DNA of 59,074 nucleotides, filler included, from Squatina squatina (GCA_031763465.1; 3 parts of 3 records of this genome joined end to end with filler, not necessarily neighbours in it); one strand, 5' to 3'. Shown: positions 9,450 to 21,873, counted from the first letter of the whole stretch. Notes: a model not told the origin generated them from the letters alone. Program-made: numbers and translations.

Positions 9450-11607
9450 NNNNNNNNNNNNNNNNNNNNNNNNNNNNNNNNNNNNNNNNNNNNNNNNNNN
9501 NNNNNNNNNNNNNNNNNNNNNNNNNNNNNNNNNNNNNNNNNNNNNNNNNNNNNNNNNNNNNNNNNNNNNNNNNNNNNNNNNNNNNNNNNNNNNNNNNNNN
9601 NNNNNNNNNNNNNNNNNNNNNNNNNNNNNNNNNNNNNNNNNNNNNNNNNNNGTGATGATGTGAATGATGCATTGAGGTGAGTAATGCAGGAGGAATGATA
9701 ATGCCTGGCTGCGAGAGTGCCTTTTACATATCAGGGCAATATTAGTTGCTGCATTAATTGGAACATACATCAGTTATAATCTGGAGTTGAAGGTTTTGTG
9801 GTCATACTTCTTAACTGTTAACAACTGTCACCAACAACGCGAATTATAATCATTCATTCCTGCAAATACTATATATGGCTTTAGAGTGCTCGAATAAGAG
9901 AGAGAACTCAACATTTTCGCTTATTTTTGTTAAGTAACCGGCTGGTGTTATGATCACACACACACACATACACAATGGGATAAAAACCCGCAGCTGGAGA
10001 GAAATGAGGTTATTGTAATCACTACTGTTTACCTAAAGGGTGGGGGAGGTGCTTTGTAATCAAATACGACACTAAACGCCTTCATAAAAGCTGCACTAGC
10101 CTTGCCTTTTAGGAATGCAGCGATGGTCGATATGGTGCCTGGTATTTTATTAACATCAGTGTGAGCATGATGATCTCTATTTTGCAGATGCAATGTGAAA
10201 GGAAGTTTGTCCTTGCCTTCCATTGTTAGTGTGCAACCAGGCTTCTGGTATGTTGGTAATTATCCAAAGACTATGGAGTTTCTCAGGAGGCTCTGACCCA
10301 TTGTTTGTTGGATAATTTTGAGGTCAGAGGAATTGTGCCATTTTAAGAAGCTTGCCGATTATTGTGGGTGCTAGTTTGTGAAACAGTGTCCTCACCATTC
10401 CTAAAATAAATCCTACAAGTTCCTTATTTCTAATGAGAATCACAGAATGTTTAGATCAATGCTCCCAGAAGTGTTTAAAACTGCTTTGTGTTGATGTGCA
10501 CAGTGAAGTTTTTGTGTTCTATATCGTTTTAGGTGAAGAAAACTTGAATAAAATGAGTCCTTTCAGAGTAATTACTTCCTTTTAATATAGTTTGTCGAGC
10601 ACCTTGTGATCCAATTTTCAATCTTTCCCTTCCCATTCAACTCAATAAATTGATTCCTTGCGATGGAAGTGGTCAGTCGAGTTGGAGAGGAATTTGTTCC
10701 AGTGCATAATAGAGTAAAGTGAATTCCCAGCTTGTTGAGGTGGTGACCTTTGCATTTCTGTTGATACTATTGTTGGAAACTTTAGACAGCAGTCAGATTG
10801 GTTGGCTTGGAAGACGGTATTTTGTTTGATTAATTTTATTGCCAAGGAAACAGTTTCAAGGAGACATTGAGATGTTAATAAAGATTTAAACAGTAAGGTG
10901 CAAAGGCTAATGTTCCGTAGTTTATTAGTCATGAGAAGGGTATCTAAACAGATTTGGAATGAAGAGGAGATTGGCAAACTGTTTGACATGCTTGACAACT
11001 CTCCAATCAAATCGTTTTACCTTGGTCTCCAGCAGACTGCAAATTGGGAGCCGTTTTAATCTGCTTTAAATATCAAGATAACTTGCTCTAATCTGTTCTT
11101 CACAATTGCTGTGGTTAAAGTTTCAAGACAATTTGATTGGATTTGCTGGCTGTGCAGAAAGCAGAAAGCATTGCTCCCAGCACCCCAAGCTTTTTTAATC
11201 TTTCAACCAAATGTTCAGATTCAACAGTTTTGTTTAGCAGGCAATCTGTACATTTTCAAATCCTAGAGGCAGGTGTCATGGCAACAGAGATTAGAGTGGT
11301 GTGGTTTCACTACTCCTATTTCTTCCTTTGTCAACTATGTGCTCAACCCCTTTATCCTCCCCACCTCCTTGTCCTGCTATCAATCATCTCCTTCTCAACT
11401 CTCTATCCACCCTCCCACTCCCGTTGCTTCCCAGGTCAAGGTAATGAGAAACTAACACCACCCCTCCCTTAGCCTGAACTATTTTTCCCTTCTCCCTTTC
11501 CCTCCGACCTTATCTTTCTACCTGTTCCACTCTAAGAGACATTGCTTCTTTTCAACGTGTTTTTATTTTAAAAGAAACCAAATTAAAAGGAAATAAACTG
11601 TCTACCT

Positions 11608-11628
11608 TTCTCTCTCTCTCTCTCTCTC
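11608..11628 (+). repeat. (TC)n microsatellite
   Basis: A run of about 10 TC units. Confidence 0.85.
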
Positions 11629-13645
11629 CATCCATCTCATAGCTGCTGGAAATTATAATCTCTCCTTCACTGGTGTAAACCATTAGCACTGATCTTTCTA
11701 ACTGTCAACACAACGTAGATGAAGGAATTAACTGAATTTCAAATTGAACTGTTTCTTTTTTCATTGAGTTAACATCACATGAAGAAAGACACATTGGGCA
11801 GGATTCTCCACTTCGGGGCAGAGNNNNNNNNNNNNNNNNNNNNNNNNNNNNNNNNNNNNNNNNNNNNNNNNNNNNNNNNNNNNNNNNNNNNNNNNNNNNN
11901 NNNNNNNNNNNNNNNNNNNNNNNTTCCTGTTGACTGCGCCAGAGATCATTCAGATTTAAACCGTCAACATACACAATATATGGCTTGAAGGAAATGAAAT
12001 GGTACCTGATATGGAACCCATAGTATTAATGTATACACTTGTGTCTTGTACTTGTTATTTATTTGAAAGGTGAAGGCACTTTTTGTTAAACCATGTTGTA
12101 ACAAGCTGAAATATTTATACGGTTGTCTAGTTTAAATGAGGTTGAAGACAAATGTGTCCAACTGTACTTGTTTGAGTAGCAGGTTGCGAAAGGTACAAGG
12201 TAATCCTCAAGAGTTGCAGTCATTGTTTAATCTGCAGTGTGTTTGCAGGTCTATTCTTGGCCTGTTTATTCTATTCGTTTGCTGCAGTTAGTCATGTAAA
12301 ACATGATAAATTGGAGCCTATTAAAACTAATTATTTTTGTGACTCTGTTTCTGTCTGTTTTTTAATGTAGAAAACCACAAGTATGTTGTAAAATCTGCCA
12401 CTCCCGACATGTATGGCTTAAGTAAAAAGCAGCCTATAATTTGAGTTGTTTGTGCTATTTCTATTTACCCCATTTTTGTGGTTTAGCTGTTACTAACATG
12501 TCTGACTTAAGTAGACTTGGCAAGACCAATAACCACTCCTAGAAGTTTGCAAAATCCTTCAAATATAGGATTACCTAATAAAGGCTTGTCAACACCCAGT
12601 CCTTAACCAGTATCAAATAAGATTTTACAATTTCATTTATCCAGTGAATGGAATAGAATTATGCATTTGATTGGCTCGAAGTAGGACATTAATGATGTGA
12701 GCAATCACCAACTGGATTAATTGATTTAATTGATTAAGTACAGTACCGGAATATAGAGCACAACTGGAAAGCTAATCCAGTGTTTTACACTCCATGCTAT
12801 AGTTTTCTAACTGGGAACAAGAGTTGACTGTAGAAAACATGCTGCTAGTGCAGGTTTGAGAGTCCTCATAAGGCCTGTTAATATCTCGGGGAGGAATTTG
12901 TCACCTCTTGAAAGTGATGCAGTGATACATTTCACAGCTGAGAATTGCATCCACAAATGAGTTGACCATTAATGCTAGCAACTATTTTCTGTTGCATTAG
13001 ACCAATAAATAGAAAGGAATGGTACTGAAAATAAGTCGCAGCCAGGAACACATTTTCTACTAGGTATTTATGCCTGCTTTTGTTCCTGCTGATTAATTGA
13101 ATGGAAACACACATATACCTTCCTGTCCTTTGTATGCTTGTCTGTTACAGTCTGTAGCAAAGGACTGCAAATGGTAAGCAGTCATTAATGAAGAAAACAA
13201 AGGGCAGATTTGTTTGAATGTGAGTGGTTTAAAAAGCTGACTCAAAATGCTGCAAGAAGAGATTTGGCTGGTGAATGGCACCACAAACTAGCACGAGTCC
13301 CTGTAGAACAAAAAACTCTTCAGTCTACTTAATGCTTTGTAACTTTGAATAGTGTGACCAGAACTCTTTCAGAGTGGGTGCCCTTTGACTGCTGAGAACT
13401 TTCTGGACGAACTTGTAGTGACCTCCCAAGATCTGTGAGACCAGAGTTGCTATTGAATTTTTCCTGCTAATGAGCTGGATTTCTAATTTCATTTGCAATA
13501 TTGTATGCTTCTAAAGGCCACTAAAATTCTTTTAAAAAATCAAATTAATGGACATAACTTCAAAAGGGCATCAGACTAGAACAAGTTATCAAACTTTATT
13601 GTAAAACTCTATTGTATGAGTTTAATATTTGTACCTTAATATTTA

Positions 13646-13755
13646 TTTCCCTACATTACAACAATGACTACACTTCTAAAGTACTTAATTGGCTATGAAG
13701 TGCTTTAAGATGTCCTGAGGTTGTGAAAGGCACTATATAAATGCCAGTTCTTTCA
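13646..13755 (+). mobile_element. DeuSINE-type (SacSINE1/AmnSINE1-like) 3' tail
   Basis: CCTACATTACAACAATGACTACACTTC...GTACTTAATTGGCT...GTCCTGAGGTTGTGAAAGGCACTATATAAATGC; it is the reverse-complement homologue of 28046-28150. Confidence 0.7.
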
Positions 13756-14246
13756 TTAATTAAAATTGTAGCTGCAAGTTTTTAGTAACAAATTTAAGAG
13801 GACGGTTAGGAGAAAGAAAATCACATGGGTCTCCTAGAAGCTGAAATATATGTGTGTTCTTCAAATACTATAGACTTTCTGAAGTATTAGAATAGATCTG
13901 TCCAAGGATTATGAATATGGAATCTGAAATGTGCCTTTGGCCTTGAAAAAGGAATTCCTTGTATAAAGTTGAAACAAGAACAGGGAGGATTAACCTGAAA
14001 GCTAGCCAGCACATGGCAGATTGCTTTGATGTGTGTGTGTTCTGAACGGGCCTCCTCACTGATTTCGAGGTACTAGAGTACACATGACAGCAATTAAAGA
14101 TACAGAAGCCGTTGAACTTCTTGCAGAGGATTGTGGATGGGGATGTTGCACAGCACAAACATCTTTTCCCAGTGATAAGCCTTCATTTATATAAGCAAGA
14201 TCTGAAGTGCTGTTCAGTCATTGTGAAAATGATCCTCAGATTTATT

Positions 14247-14382
14247 AAAATATAGGAACAGAGTAGGCCATTTAGCCCCTCGAGTCTGTTCCGCCATTCA
14301 GTTACATCATGGTCGATCTGGTACCTCAACTCTGTAATCCCATTTCCGTTTACGCACTTTTGTTCCACGTCCCTTGATACCT
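14247..14382 (-). mobile_element. CR1 LINE 3' end
   Basis: GAGTAGGCCATTTAGCCCCTCGAGTCTGTTCCGCCATTCA is the reverse-complement homologue of the 3' end at 33500-33572. Confidence 0.8.
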
Positions 14383-14516
14383 NNNNNNNNNNNNNNNNNN
14401 NNNNNNNNNNNNNNNNNNNNNNNNNNNNNNNNNNNNNNNNNNNNNNNNNNNNNNNNNNNNNNNNNNNNNNNNNNNNNNNNNNTGTTGTGCTAGGAACTTT
14501 ATTTTATTCATAAAGG

Positions 14517-15268
14517 GGGCCCAATTGGTCTGTTTTAGACCCGTGGTAGCACTGAAAAGTGATGCTATCTGGGCGCTAAACCAGTGCAAATGTCCATTTT
14601 TTTTGTTTCAGGAATTGGGCATGGCGTCCCGGTGGCACAAAGGACTCTTCGACGGGGACGTCATTGACCCCACAGTGCCACCCCGCGACCCCATTTGGCG
14701 TTGCCGGCGAGAGACGGCAGGAATTGGTCCGCGGCTCGCCGGCGACATCCGCATTCTTGGCAGCGACAGGGTTGGCCAGTCGTTGCCAACGATGTTTAAA
14801 GGGGAGATGATTGCACTGCCGGGCGCCTTTTTTTTTACATCGGCCGACTTCTGCGTCGGCCGATCGGCCACCAGCGCCTTTTCACCCACTTGCCGGCATG
14901 CTCTCTGGCATGCCAGAATTTTGCACGCCCCAACCCAGCTCCCTGGTGGCCCAGCGGCATTCCCTGAGGCTCCACTGCCTCAGTCGGCGGCTCTCCCCTT
15001 TAAGGCAGGGGCAGGGCCGCAACGGACGCAAGCACGCTGGCCTTGGCAGCGCGGAGCTAGTCATGCTGCCGACGCAATCCCGCATTCCCCGGGAACTCGC
15101 TGGGTCATCGCCGTGGCAATGCTTCATTAGCGTTGCCACATTGTGCTGACCCGGAAATGAGGCAAAGATCCGAATTCAGGGTCAAAACACCTTGCTCCCA
15201 ACCCGGCGCATCCAGAGTGAGATACCCACCAATGCAGCGCCCTGTTCTAGCGCTCTCCAATTGGGCCC
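14517..15268. mobile_element. GC-rich non-autonomous TIR element (752 bp), PIF/Harbinger-like MITE
   Basis: Perfect 12-bp terminal inverted repeats, GGGCCCAATTGG (14517-14528) and CCAATTGGGCCC (15257-15268), bound a sharply GC/CpG-rich body. A homologous copy starts at 19493. Confidence 0.8.
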
Positions 15269-15509
15269 GCACTGTGTTTTGCCAGCATTTTGTGCTTTAG
15301 TTTCCCAGATGCACATGCAGGCTTTCTGGGTCTTTTACCCCATTTTCTCTGCTTTGTTCTTCGGTGGGTCTCTCACTGTCTGAGCTATTTTCACATTTTA
15401 TTGATTCTTTGAGAAGATCTTTTATCTCCTCCTTTCTTATTTAGCAGATTGAAGGTCATTCAGCCTATTAACTCCACTTCTGCGCTTGAAACTTTTCCCC
15501 CTCTCGTTT

Positions 15510-15610
15510 TTCTTCTATTTCTGTTAAAATGCTTGCGAATCCCAGCTCAAAATGTAGACCTGTCTTTTGTTTTGACAGATGCTGACTGATCTGCATTTTC
15601 TATTCCTGTC
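15510..15610 (+). mobile_element. Degenerate retroelement tail (CAGATGCTG...TGCATTTTCT type)
   Basis: AAAATGTAGACCTGTC...ACAGATGCTGACTGATCTGCATTTTCT resembles an abundant elasmobranch repeat terminus (recalled). Confidence 0.35.
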
Positions 15611-16322
15611 TAAAATTAAATTCTATTGACTGCTAAAGTGTTTAGGGCTGGTACTTTATGTGGTTACCTAAATCATCCATAATAATCAACATTCATTGGG
15701 AGAAACTTGCTTCTAGTTGCTGTGTGCACAAATAGTATTCAATTCAGTGTCTCCACGCCCCCTTCCCCCAAATAAATTAGTTTTTTGGCTGCAGACTCTG
15801 AGCAATGGATAGCAATCACTGTTCTTTGTTCGAGGCCTTTTTAGTGAGGCTAATGACTGGTCTTGTGCCGCTCGGAGATAAATGACATTATCTCTGAGTG
15901 GGCTGACAGGAAACAGACATGTTAATAGTGAAGCTGCAGGGAGGATCTTCCCCGTTCCTTGCAAAAGAAAAGACAGGACCTCTAGTTGTGATCATTAACG
16001 CATAATGCATTCCTGCTTTTCCCATGTGGGTCAAGATAATTAGAAGCATAATGGTGTGTTTTCATATGGATGTCAAACCACAGCAATGACATTCTTAATT
16101 CCAATTTATCGTAGATCATTTTAGGAAAGATTAGTAAGCTACATTTTCCTGTGGTGGGCTGGACCACTTTCAAAAAGAGGTTGCAGGTCAGGTAGTCATC
16201 CACACCCTTGTATGTTTTTCAAAAAGCAAAAATAATTCTGTTAAGGAACTTCAGATGAAACCCATTCTCAGTATAATGCCTACAGTTTACACCTGTTAGA
16301 AATATTTGATCTGGGAAGATTT

Positions 16323-16529
16323 GGGGAGCCCAATTGGTGGGTGTAGACCGGTGCCAAACGGGCGTTAGAGCCCTTAATGCCCACTGGTGGTGGCTGGAGC
16401 ATAAATCGTGGAATTCGCCAGAAGTTCACGCCAGTGTCAAAACAGCGTTGGAGGCTGGGCGCCGGTGGCAGGGGCTGTGGCGGCTGTGACATCATCAGCC
16501 TGCGCGCCGCTGATTCTTGACCTAGCCTG
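16323..16529. mobile_element. Left end of a related GC-rich TIR element, truncated by gap
   Basis: Starts GGGGAGCCCAATTGG. Its GTGACATCATCAGCCTGCGCGCCG resembles GTGACATCAAGTTGCGCGCCG at ~19642. Confidence 0.6.
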
Positions 16530-19492
16530 NNNNNNNNNNNNNNNNNNNNNNNNNNNNNNNNNNNNNNNNNNNNNNNNNNNNNNNNNNNNNNNNNNNNNNN
16601 NNNNNNNNNNNNNNNNNNNNNNNNNNNNNCTTCTAGACATAACAAGCAGCCCGGCCTCAGTACAATTATACACTAATGAAAGTACTATTACAGAGTCTGC
16701 AATCTGTTTGATTATTCCTGTTGTTTTAATCAACAAAGATTTTTGGTCTGTTGACGGTTACTCTCAAGTGAGTTTGATTTGCTTAGAATAAAAGGACTAT
16801 GTAATTCATAACAAATATATGGTGAAGAAATACCACTGTGAGTCTCTTCAGGGAATCAAGCATTTTGCAATTGCAGTATTACTGTATCATGTCTTATTTC
16901 AATTGGGATTTATTAAATCACAATAAAATCTTTGCTTTAGCAGATGGATTGTTCTGTAGAGAACTAAAAATAAATAACACTCAGTGGGGCAAATATCAAT
17001 GGGATTTCAATTTTTTTCACCTGTAACTTCAAAATAATTTGTGTTAAATAATGTTAAAGGAATAAAGTTTTTATGTACAATATGGAAATAGCCATTCAAA
17101 TGCTGCACATGTAAAGTTATCTCTGTAATTATACAAAAGTAGTTAATTAATTTCAGAACTATAGAAACTCAAAACATCATCTCTTCTGCAGCATTTCAGA
17201 GAGCACAAATAGCTACAAGGATTTTTAAAGGAAACTCAATTTAAGCATTGTGAAAAATGTTCCCAAAAAGCGTATTCAGCAGGTTAAATAGATGCTTGAA
17301 CCAGCATTTTAATTCAGCAGCTTGGAACATTAACTGGGGCGAGATCTTCAAATTGGATAACCTTTGTTAGTGAAGAACAGAAGATCAGGCCAAGCGATAA
17401 TTTGCCACTAAAGGGTATTAAAGGAGAAGGACAGCAGTAATACCAAAGGCTGCTTTGTGTCTGTGATGGTTTTTAGTACAGTGTGTCTGTTGCTTTTTTC
17501 CTTTTAATCCAAACTAAATGGTCTTGGCAAGTTGAACAAAGCCTTTGCATTTGAATGAAGGGTTGTAAAACTATTCAGACATTAATGCATGGATTAAACG
17601 TGGATTGACTGACAATAGGGCTGTTTGTATCATTTTTTGAGAGCTGAAAGCAAATTCGGGAGGGGAGGGGTGATGTATTTCTTTGGGGTCACATGTCAGG
17701 ATTGCTGTTTCATTTGTAGGTTTAGAGGAGATGTGAATTTTATCTGTTTTAGGTTTTGGCTAAATTGTTCAATTTTTCTAGCACTGGACAATTTTTAAAT
17801 GCTGATTTAGAAATAGAACCTCTGTTCACCGTGAAAAAGCTATAATAAAACTAAAATGTACATAGAAACTATAAGTTAGACACTGGAAAACAGAAGATAT
17901 AGCATACACTCTGGATAAGTATTTATTTTGCCATTGTTATAGGGTAATGTGCAAATTAAAATGAGCTCTGATGCCTTTTAACTTAAAAAAAAATTTTGCT
18001 TAGTTCAGTAAGGAACGGGATGCTTCGTGGCCCCTGGAGTAACTGGAGAGTTTGAGACCATATTACCCTGTTTTCCTCCTGCCGTTTCAATGTCTGTTTA
18101 ACAATCTATGTTCATTGTGGTTAAGACCAGTGTTTGTATTTAACTCCCAGAAAGTATTTAATGTAAAAGAACAGATCCAGAATTCTATCATTGAATCTCT
18201 CTGTATTTCTACAACCGTGTTTATTAAATAGACTGGAAGCAATTAAGCCCTTTTAAGTGAAGCTACCTTTATGGTTTAGGGTAAGTTGATTTTGAACAAA
18301 AAATGTATACTGCCATTGAGCAAGATGCTGCAAAATCCCTTTCTTGTCTGTGCATTGTGGTGTAAAAGAGGTGTTTCCTCAAAGAGAACAGGTTTGTCTT
18401 GTAAACATCTTGATAGCTGTATTTTTTTCTAATTTTGAGTCCTCTAATTGAAGCAGACGGGCTTGTACTAGTTTAGCTTTATCAAGGGGTGTATTTCATT
18501 TTTTTTTCAACCTTCTCCTGAAGCTTTCACATATGGCACATTTAGCACTGAATATTGACTAAGTGGATTTGCATTGACAGGTGAACCATTTCATCAAATT
18601 CTTATTTAGGCCTCTGCTCTCAGTCTAAAGGCAGAGGGTGGGGGAAGTAATGCACTACTAGTAGTTAAGTCTCTGCGCATTGCACTGTATATTTCTTTAA
18701 TTGTGGTAAATATTGCTTGTCACTGCCCAGAAACAACACCCAAACCTGATGGGACATCTCATTTAAAAACCCAACCTTCCAGTCGTATTTCCCAGTACTG
18801 CATCAGAACCCAAGCCCGGCTGGAATCTGTTTTCTCATTCTTTCACTACATTTCTAAAGAGATCATCNNNNNNNNNNNNNNNNNNNNNNNNNCTGCTGTT
18901 TGGCTAGTTGTCTGAATTTACATTTGGTGTTGAAATCCTAAACCAACCTTTCCTATGATGCTGTAGCAGATGCCAGACACTAGAGTATAAAGCAAGCAGC
19001 TGTTTCCATTACACCATCGCTATATTATCCTACACAATCTGTTTCCTCTGTAAGAACCCTCTTTGCTGACATTAGCATTCTCTCCTGGCTCTGCTCTCTC
19101 TGTCTTTGTATCTTGGGGGATGCCAGTGTATTTTTAATCCTAACGGCAACTCTTTATTAGATTAATAGTCTTCATACATTCATTTTAAATAAACAAATCC
19201 GGCCCCCCCTCTAACTTTGTACGTAGTAGATTCTTTCTTTGTCCTGCACCCGTTGCTTTTGGACAATCTTGCCTTTGTAAGGCAGTGTCAGAAGTGCTTA
19301 GAAAGGCCCATTCCTTTCTTCCATTTTTATCTTCACACCTTTGATCTTTCACTACCCAATCTCCTGTTTTAAAATAATACATTACTAATGCACAAAGGGA
19401 GCTATTCTACTTCCCAATGAGTAAAGTATTTACACACCATTATTTCTCCAGAATAGTTTCAAGGACAGTGGAAGCCAGGAGAGAATTCTAGA

Positions 19493-20019
19493 GGGCCCAA
19501 TTGGTGTGCCAATCGACGATCAGCAGCGCTACCCAGGCGCGAAAGCAGCATAGAACAAAACATTTATGATTTACCCAATTGGGCCTGGTGCCCTGGCAGC
19601 GCTAAGGCCTCGTCGCTGGAGACGCGGTTGGGGTTGGATGCGTGACATCAAGTTGCGCGCCGACACTTCTACGCTGGCCGGGAATTGGAGGGTGGCTCAC
19701 TGGCGAGGCCCCGGGCGTTGACAACGACAGGGTTTATCTGTCTGTGCCAAGGCGAGTTAAAGGCGCGGGCCCTGTGCCGGCGACCGCCATTTTTTGCGTC
19801 GGTTGGCTTCATTGTTGGCCGATATCTGGCAGCCAAACGGCCCCTGCCCACACTTGCCGGCACGCTCTCTGGCGTGCTGGCAATTTTCTGCGCTCGCACC
19901 TTGGTCCCTGGTGGCGCTGGAAACCCCTCCATGGCAAAATCCTGTGGCCATTCCCTTTAAGGCATGTGGCGGGGCCATGGCTGGCACAAGCATGGTTGCC
20001 TCAGCAACATGGCTCGGTC
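19493..20019. mobile_element. Second copy of the GGGCCCAATTGG TIR element, right end lost in gap
   Basis: Same 12-bp left terminus (19493-19504). The internal CACTTGCCGGCACGCTCTCTGGC...TCCCTGGTGGC...CCCTTTAAGGCA is collinear with 14887-15007. Confidence 0.8.
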
Positions 20020-20656
20020 NNNNNNNNNNNNNNNNNNNNNNNNNNNNNNNNNNNNNNNNNNNNNNNNNNNNNNNNNNNNNNNNNNNNNNNNNNNNNNNNN
20101 NNNNNNNNNNNNNNNNNNNNNNNNNNNNNNNNNNNNNNNNNNNNNNNNNNNNNNNNNNNNNNNNNNNNNNNNNNNNNNNNNNNNNNNNNNNNNNNNNNNN
20201 NNNNNNNNNNNNNNNNNNNNNNNNNNNNNNNNNNNNNNNNNNNNNNNNNNNNNNNNNNNNNNNNNNNNNNNNNNNNNNNNNNNNNNNNNNCGCTTAAACT
20301 GCCTCTGGCTCTTTAAAGCTGTCAGTTTTTTGCTTCCCAATGCCATCTCCTTTACTGTCATTGGCTTTGCTGTTTACAGCTCCTGCAGAATGCATTCATA
20401 AAATATGAGTAGTGCAAATATTCAAGGGTCCAGGGCAGCATAATGCACAGTGTACCTTGGGGAGTGTTGCCTCAGATGGAGTTCAAGGGAAAAAAGCATC
20501 TAGACTAATGAAGTGTGGAGGTACTATATCTTGCCCCCAGAAACGTGATACACAAGATAACCACAGCACTGCAGTTTATTTTTCTTTCTGGGAATAGTAT
20601 AATGCTTGCAGAAATAAGAGATTGACTATATTGATGCATTGCGCTGTGTACTAGAT

Positions 20657-21185
20657 TAGGGAGGGAACTCCTCAGTGTGAAGCCTAAGCGGCTGAAGGCT
20701 TGGCCCTCAGTAGTGAGGCAAATGGGGTGGGGGCGGTGGGCAGTGATGTAGAGGAACAGAGATTTTGCAGGAAGTTGTGCTGAAGGAAGTTACAGAAATA
20801 GGGAGGGGCAAGGCAACGGCGGGATTGAAACCCAAGAATGATCATTTTAAATTTGAGGCATTGTGGGAGCTAGTGTAACTCAGCAAAGACAGAGCTTTTT
20901 GGATAAGCAGGACTTAATTACAAGCAACAGAGTTTTGGATTAGTTGGAGTTTATGTAAGGCGGAGGATCAGAGAACATTGGAATAGTTGAGTCTGGAGGT
21001 TACGAAAATATCGATGCAGGTTTCAGTGACAGATGGGCTGAGGTAGGGGCAGAGGCAGGCAATGTTAGAGATAGAAGTAGGCAATCTTTGTGATGGAAAG
21101 GATGAGGCCAGAAGCTCGGCTCCAGGTCGAGCAAGATGTGAGTTTTCAAACAGTCTGGTTCAGCCCGAGACAGTGGTCGGAAGTA
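20657..21185 (-). mobile_element. Degenerate L2 LINE, 3' part of ORF2
   Basis: Purine-rich blocks such as GAGTTTTGGATTAGTTGGAGTTT, TTGGAATAGTTGAGTCTGGAGGTTAC and GATGGGCTGAGGTAGGGGCAGAG correspond on the reverse strand to TSRLxYSN and KLQLIQNS motifs of L2. Confidence 0.75.
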
Positions 21186-21773
21186 GTTGGCTTACGGGTC
21201 TGACCGGCACCTCTTTACCGAAAAATACATCTAATGCAGGACCCAAAACATGTAACAAGATGTTTACTAATATTTTTCAGAACTACATAATTGTTAATAT
21301 ATTTAAGTATGTTTTAAATATTATTTTTAGCTAACCTGAGCAAGAAAGCAAAATGGCAGCCTAAAGCAGTTTCAAAAAAATGCTTCAAATTTGTAACAGT
21401 TGGCATTTCCTAATTGATAGCTCAAACAAAATTTGAGCCATTTGATTAGTTAGGTGTACTTAGGTTGCTGATTCGTGATTGGTAACGGTAGATGTTCCTA
21501 TTGGTCAGATATGTGAAGAGATCAGTACAGTTAACTACACCGAGTGGTTATTTAAGCCCCTCAGGAAAGTGCGGTGACTTTCATACTATGCTGTCTACTC
21601 CTCTGAATTCAAAATAGTTCAATTAATTCCATTTTTTAACACTACAAATTCACTCTTTGCTGTGTTATTTACATTACTTATTTCAAGTTATTGGATAGTT
21701 TAATTTTGAGGCCAAAAATTGACATTGAATTATCGCGAGTTGACTGTTAGGTCCTGAAGTCCTGCAGAGGTTC

Positions 21774-21873
21774 NNNNNNNNNNNNNNNNNNNNNNNNNNN
21801 NNNNNNNNNNNNNNNNNTTAATTAATTAANNNNNNNNNNNNNNNNNNNNNNNNNNNNNNNNNNNNNNNNNNNN
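21774..21873. other. Artificial scaffolding linker (44 N + TTAATTAATTAA + 44 N)
   Basis: Exactly 100 nt with a central six-frame-stop 12-mer at 21818-21829; identical to 44964-45063. Confidence 0.95.

Noticed and set aside
8545-9770. Antisense and alternative-frame ORFs over the ZNF608 exon, and the ORF-track end at 9663
   Set aside because: They are shadows of a GC-rich, triplet-repeat coding exon. The extension to 9663 runs through the gap past the expected splice donor.
2340-14382. Inverted CR1 pair (2340-2592 plus, 14247-14382 minus) as a driver of back-splicing
   Set aside because: The upstream copy probably lies outside the transcript, and the two copies are too diverged to pair well.
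14525-15149. 201-aa and overlapping ORFs as a nested gene
   Set aside because: They lie wholly within a GC-rich TIR element, show no recognisable domain, and the frame is not preserved in the copy at 19493.
21818-21829. TTAATTAATTAA as a homeodomain site or piggyBac target
   Set aside because: It is centred in a symmetric 100-nt N block and repeated identically at 45008, so it is an artificial linker.
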